This document shows, piece by piece, positions 60,722-64,000 of a stretch of DNA of 64,000 bases (positions are counted from its first letter, which is position 1; the number at the start of each line of letters is the position of its first letter). Both the position numbers and the translations under genes were made by a program. Under the pieces are notes generated by a model that was not told the DNA's origin, searched no databases, and saw only the letters and a program-made list of their open reading frames with translations. Source of the stretch: an uncultured Spirochaetota bacterium (lineage in GTDB: Bacteria; Spirochaetota; Brevinematia; Brevinematales; JAOACQ01); NCBI GenBank assembly GCA_963783575.1, contig CAWAOD010000013.1, positions 192,001 through 256,000 of the forward strand. Reading direction: 5' to 3'.

Positions 60722-62951
60722 TAATTAATAAAAAAGTTGATATCAATGGGACAAATGAATACGGGTGGACAGCTTTAATGATATCCGCAAACTACGGTTA
60801 TAGAGATATATCTGAAACACTGATCAAGGCTAAAGCTGATATTCGTTTAATGAATAAATACGGATGGACGGCTTTTAGTATAGCGGCCTATAATGGGTAT
60901 ACAGACATAGTTCAAGATTTGATAGATGCTGATGTAAATATTAATGCACAGGATAGTAGTGGACTTACAGCTTTGATGGTTGCCGTGTATGAAGACCATA
61001 AAGATACTGTTAAAATTTTAATTAAAAATGGATGCGATGTTAATTTAAAGAGTAAATTTGATCTGAATGCTTTGATGTTTGCTACTGCACTGGAATATAC
61101 CGATGTTGTAAAATTATTAATTGAAGCCAAGGCAGATTTAAATTCAAAATGTATATATGACTGTACGGCTTTAATGCTTGCTGTTTATACAGGGAACATA
61201 GACACAGTAAAAGCTTTAATTGAGGCAGGAGCCGATATTAATGTAAAAGATGTTAAAGGCTGGACAGCTTTAATGGTGGCTGGTTACTACAACCAAACTG
61301 AAGTCGCTAAAGCATTAATAGAAACAAAAGCTGATCTCAATACTCAGAATGAAGACGGCAAGACGGCTTTAATATTAGCAATTGGTAATGATAATACTGA
61401 AATAGTAAAAGTATTAATTGAAGCCGGAGCCAATGTCAATGTAAAGGATAAAGAAGGATTAACGGCCTTAATGCTTGCGGCCTACTTAAGCCAAACTGAA
61501 GCCGCTAAAGCATTGATAGAAGCAAAAGCCGATCTAAATGCACAGGAAAATAGCGGAAGTACCGCTTTGATGCAGGCTGTTCATAAAGGCAATCTGGATA
61601 TAGTAAAAGCATTAATTGAAACCGGAGCTGATATTAATATAAAGGATAATGAAAATTGGACAGCCTTAATGATAGCTGCGAGTGACCCACAGGAAGATAT
61701 TCTAAAAGTATTGATAGAAGCAAAAGCTGATCTCAATGTTCAGAATGAATACGAAAAGACTGCTTTGAATAATAGCAGTTTACAATGGAAATACTGACAT
61801 AGTAAAAGTATTAATTGAGGCAGGGGCAGATATTAATATAAAGGATGATGAAGGTTGGACAGCTTTAATGGTTGCCGCTAGTTATCAAAATACTGACGCT
61901 GTAAAGGCATTGGTAAAAGCAAAAGCTGATCTCAATGTTCAGAAAGACGGCTGGACTGCTTTGATGCTAGCTATTGATAAAAATAATATTGACATTTCAA
62001 AAATATTAATAGAAGCAGGAGCAAATGTAAATTTAAAAAATAATGATAGCCGTACAGCTTTGATGCTGGCTGTTTACAATGGTAATACAGATATTATTAA
62101 AGCATTAATTAAGGGTGGAGTTGATGTTAATGCTAAAGATAGTAAGAATTGGACAGCTTTAATGGTATCTTCATTTTGTAACCAAACAGACGATGCTAAT
62201 ATATTAATAGAAGCAAAATCTGACCTTAATATTCAGAATGAATTCGGCATGACTGCTTTGATGATAACTGTTGAAAAAAATAATATTGACATATTAAAAG
62301 CATTGGTCGGAGCCGGAACCGATGTTAACTTGAAGGATAGCAAAAACTGGACAGCACTGATGCTAGCTGTTAGTGATAACTACACTGACGCTGCTAAGAT
62401 ATTAATAAAAGCAAAAGCAGGCCTGAATTTTCTAAAAGATGGCTATACTCCATTGATGTTGGCTATTCAAAAAAGTAATATTGACATAGTAAAAGCATTG
62501 ATAATAGCAGGAGCTGATATTGATGTAAAGGGTAATAACAATTGGACAGCTTTAATGATTGCTGCCCGTTATCAACATACTGACGCATTAGAAGCTTTGA
62601 TTGAAGCGAAAGCCGATCTCAATGTACAGGAAAAAGAAGGTTGGACAGCAATTATGCTGGCAGATAGCATAAATCATAAGGATGCGGTGAAAACATTAAT
62701 TAAGGCCAAAGCCGATCTTAATATAAGAAAAAATGATGGTTGGACAATTTTGATGATAGCAGTTGACAAAAATCAAACAGATATTGTTAAAGAATTGATT
62801 GAAGCAGGTGCAAATGTTAATAATATAGATGAAGAAGGTGCAACAGCTTTATCGATTGCAAAGAAGAAAAAATATTATAATATAATTAAATTGCTTGAAG
62901 ATGTTGGAGCAACAGAATGAGAAATTTTTATGATTATTGAAATGGAATCTT

Positions 62952-63020
62952 CAACATCGCATCGCTCGCCGAATCAAAGATTCGGCGGCCATTTAAACTT
63001 CATAAAAAAGACTTCATGAT
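62952..63020 (+). repeat. Degenerate copy of the three-hairpin element
   Basis: ACATCGCATCGC, CGCCGAATC-AAA-GATTCGGCG, AT spacer and TCATG in the same order as copy A. Confidence 0.5.
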
Positions 63021-63222
63021 TACTTAGTATAAATATTAAAAACCAGCAATCTACTTTTTCGAAAAGGTTTTCCACACAATCTTAAGATTAAAGAAATTAA
63101 ATTGGTTAATTGCGCCCCGCAGAAGGAGCGCTATTTCCGATTAAGCTTTTATTATACTTTGAAAATGCTCAGTACTAAAATTGTTGTTATTCTCCTTTAA
63201 TGATAAATCGATGTGTTCGTAT

Positions 63223-63450
63223 TTCGCAGCCAGGACGGCTGCGACCCGAACGCAGCAGGACTGCAAAGTGAGGCTCTTTAATAATGAAAGAACTGTTAAT
63301 TAATTTGGAATAACAACACCTGGAATGACCAGACCGTTATACATGAAATGGCGCTCATGCGAAGGGGTGATTTTTCTTTTTGCACACTTTTTCTTTTGAT
63401 CATTCAAAAGAAAAAGTGTGAAAGCCCCATTGCCGTGGCTTTACGGCAAG
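63223..63450. repeat. Cluster of REP-like hairpins
   Basis: TCGCAGCC-AGGAC-GGCTGCGA, CACACTTTTTCTTTTGA..TCAAAAGAAAAAGTGTG, TTGCCGT..ACGGCAA. Confidence 0.55.
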
Positions 63451-63584
63451 ATTTTTATAAAAGCCTTTCGACTGAAACAGCACTTACTGTCATGTTTTAA
63501 AATATGGGATAAAAAACCTATTGTTTTTAATAACATATAATGATAAAATATTTGAAGAATATAAAATAATAATGGAGTTATGTC

Positions 63585-64000
63585 ATGAAATCACGAATAT
63601 TTATTCCGGCGGTTAAGGCGCTGGCGGCTTTAATATTTTTAGGAATATATTCAGGCTGTGTCAATATTGAAACATGTAATAATGTTAATCGTACTTTGCA
63701 GAGTATTCAATTGTCAAATAACATTATATTAAGTTCCTGGGAATCGGGAAAATATTACTGGCATCTTTCCAGCTTTAGGATCGAGTCGCAGGGTAAGGTC
63801 ATTTATATTGATCCTGTCGAAATTATCGATCCGGAACCTGCAGATTATATATTTATCACTCATAGTCATTCCGATCACCTGTCGATTCCGGACATAGAAA
63901 AGATAGTAAAAAAGGAAACACGGATTATATGCCCTAAAATCGTTGATATTAAACTCTCAAATTTTACAATAATAAAAATAAAACCCGGAGATGTACTGGA
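63585..64000 (+). CDS. MBL-fold metallo-hydrolase lipoprotein, 3'-partial (not in the ORF track)
   Basis: Manual translation MKSRIF...IYSGC (lipobox), IYIDP, ITHSHSDH; runs off the window. Confidence 0.85.
   Translation, partial: MKSRIFIPAVKALAALIFLGIYSGCVNIETCNNVNRTLQSIQLSNNIILSSWESGKYYWHLSSFRIESQGKVIYIDPVEIIDPEPADYIFITHSHSDHLSIPDIEKIVKKETRIICPKIVDIKLSNFTIIKIKPGDVL

Larger units (their letters stand above)
58588..62920 (+). pseudogene. Large ankyrin-repeat gene (20 or more repeats, probable signal peptide) interrupted by an IS
   Basis: Removing the IS and one TAATTA restores GWTDLMVAVYKNDLSYVKKLINKKVDINGTNEYGWTALM in frame. Further single-base shifts occur at ~58610-58645 and ~61768. Confidence 0.85.

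Noticed and set aside
1391..61130. Numerous short antisense or overlapping ORFs in the track
   Set aside because: They are shadows of well-supported genes on the opposite strand or in another frame.
60728..62920. DGR-like template/variable repeats
   Set aside because: The ~99-bp periodicity is ordinary ankyrin coding repetition; no reverse transcriptase or adenine-specific variation was seen.

Overview
A 64-kb bacterial chromosomal segment. Gene content suggests a spirochaete, but this is inference only. Housekeeping blocks (tolC-like, folC, tmRNA, nadC, uvrC, punA, trxB, rtcB, murF, hisF) flank an AT-rich accessory region at about 10.4-26.8 kb that reads as a decayed integron-type cassette platform. 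At its right end is an eroded tyrosine-integrase C-terminus missed by the ORF track (..SIKNTKIYTYISNKVLRNIICPLDTL*). Next to that remnant lie an attI-like site with three boxes spaced exactly 40 bp apart and a minus-strand two-gene cassette. These face an oppositely oriented plus-strand array of about 8 cassettes separated by long mosaic repeats, which begin like attC sites but end like the attI site. The array carries two toxin-antitoxin pairs, a truncated P-loop ATPase and two tandem homologues that join a phage prohead-protease-like domain to a KK-x-x-[ED]PLSI hydrophobic helix; these are the best candidate for an undescribed anti-phage system. Mobile DNA comprises IS256, IS21, IS1182-like and ISNCY/IS5-like elements, a 147-bp MITE and an IS3 stub. 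The MITE and the IS1182-like element sit in tandem in the same 8-bp loop of a REP-like hairpin. A three-hairpin repeat with compensatory base changes occurs about 5 times. Many single-base frameshifts suggest sequencing indel errors, so pseudogene calls are tentative.
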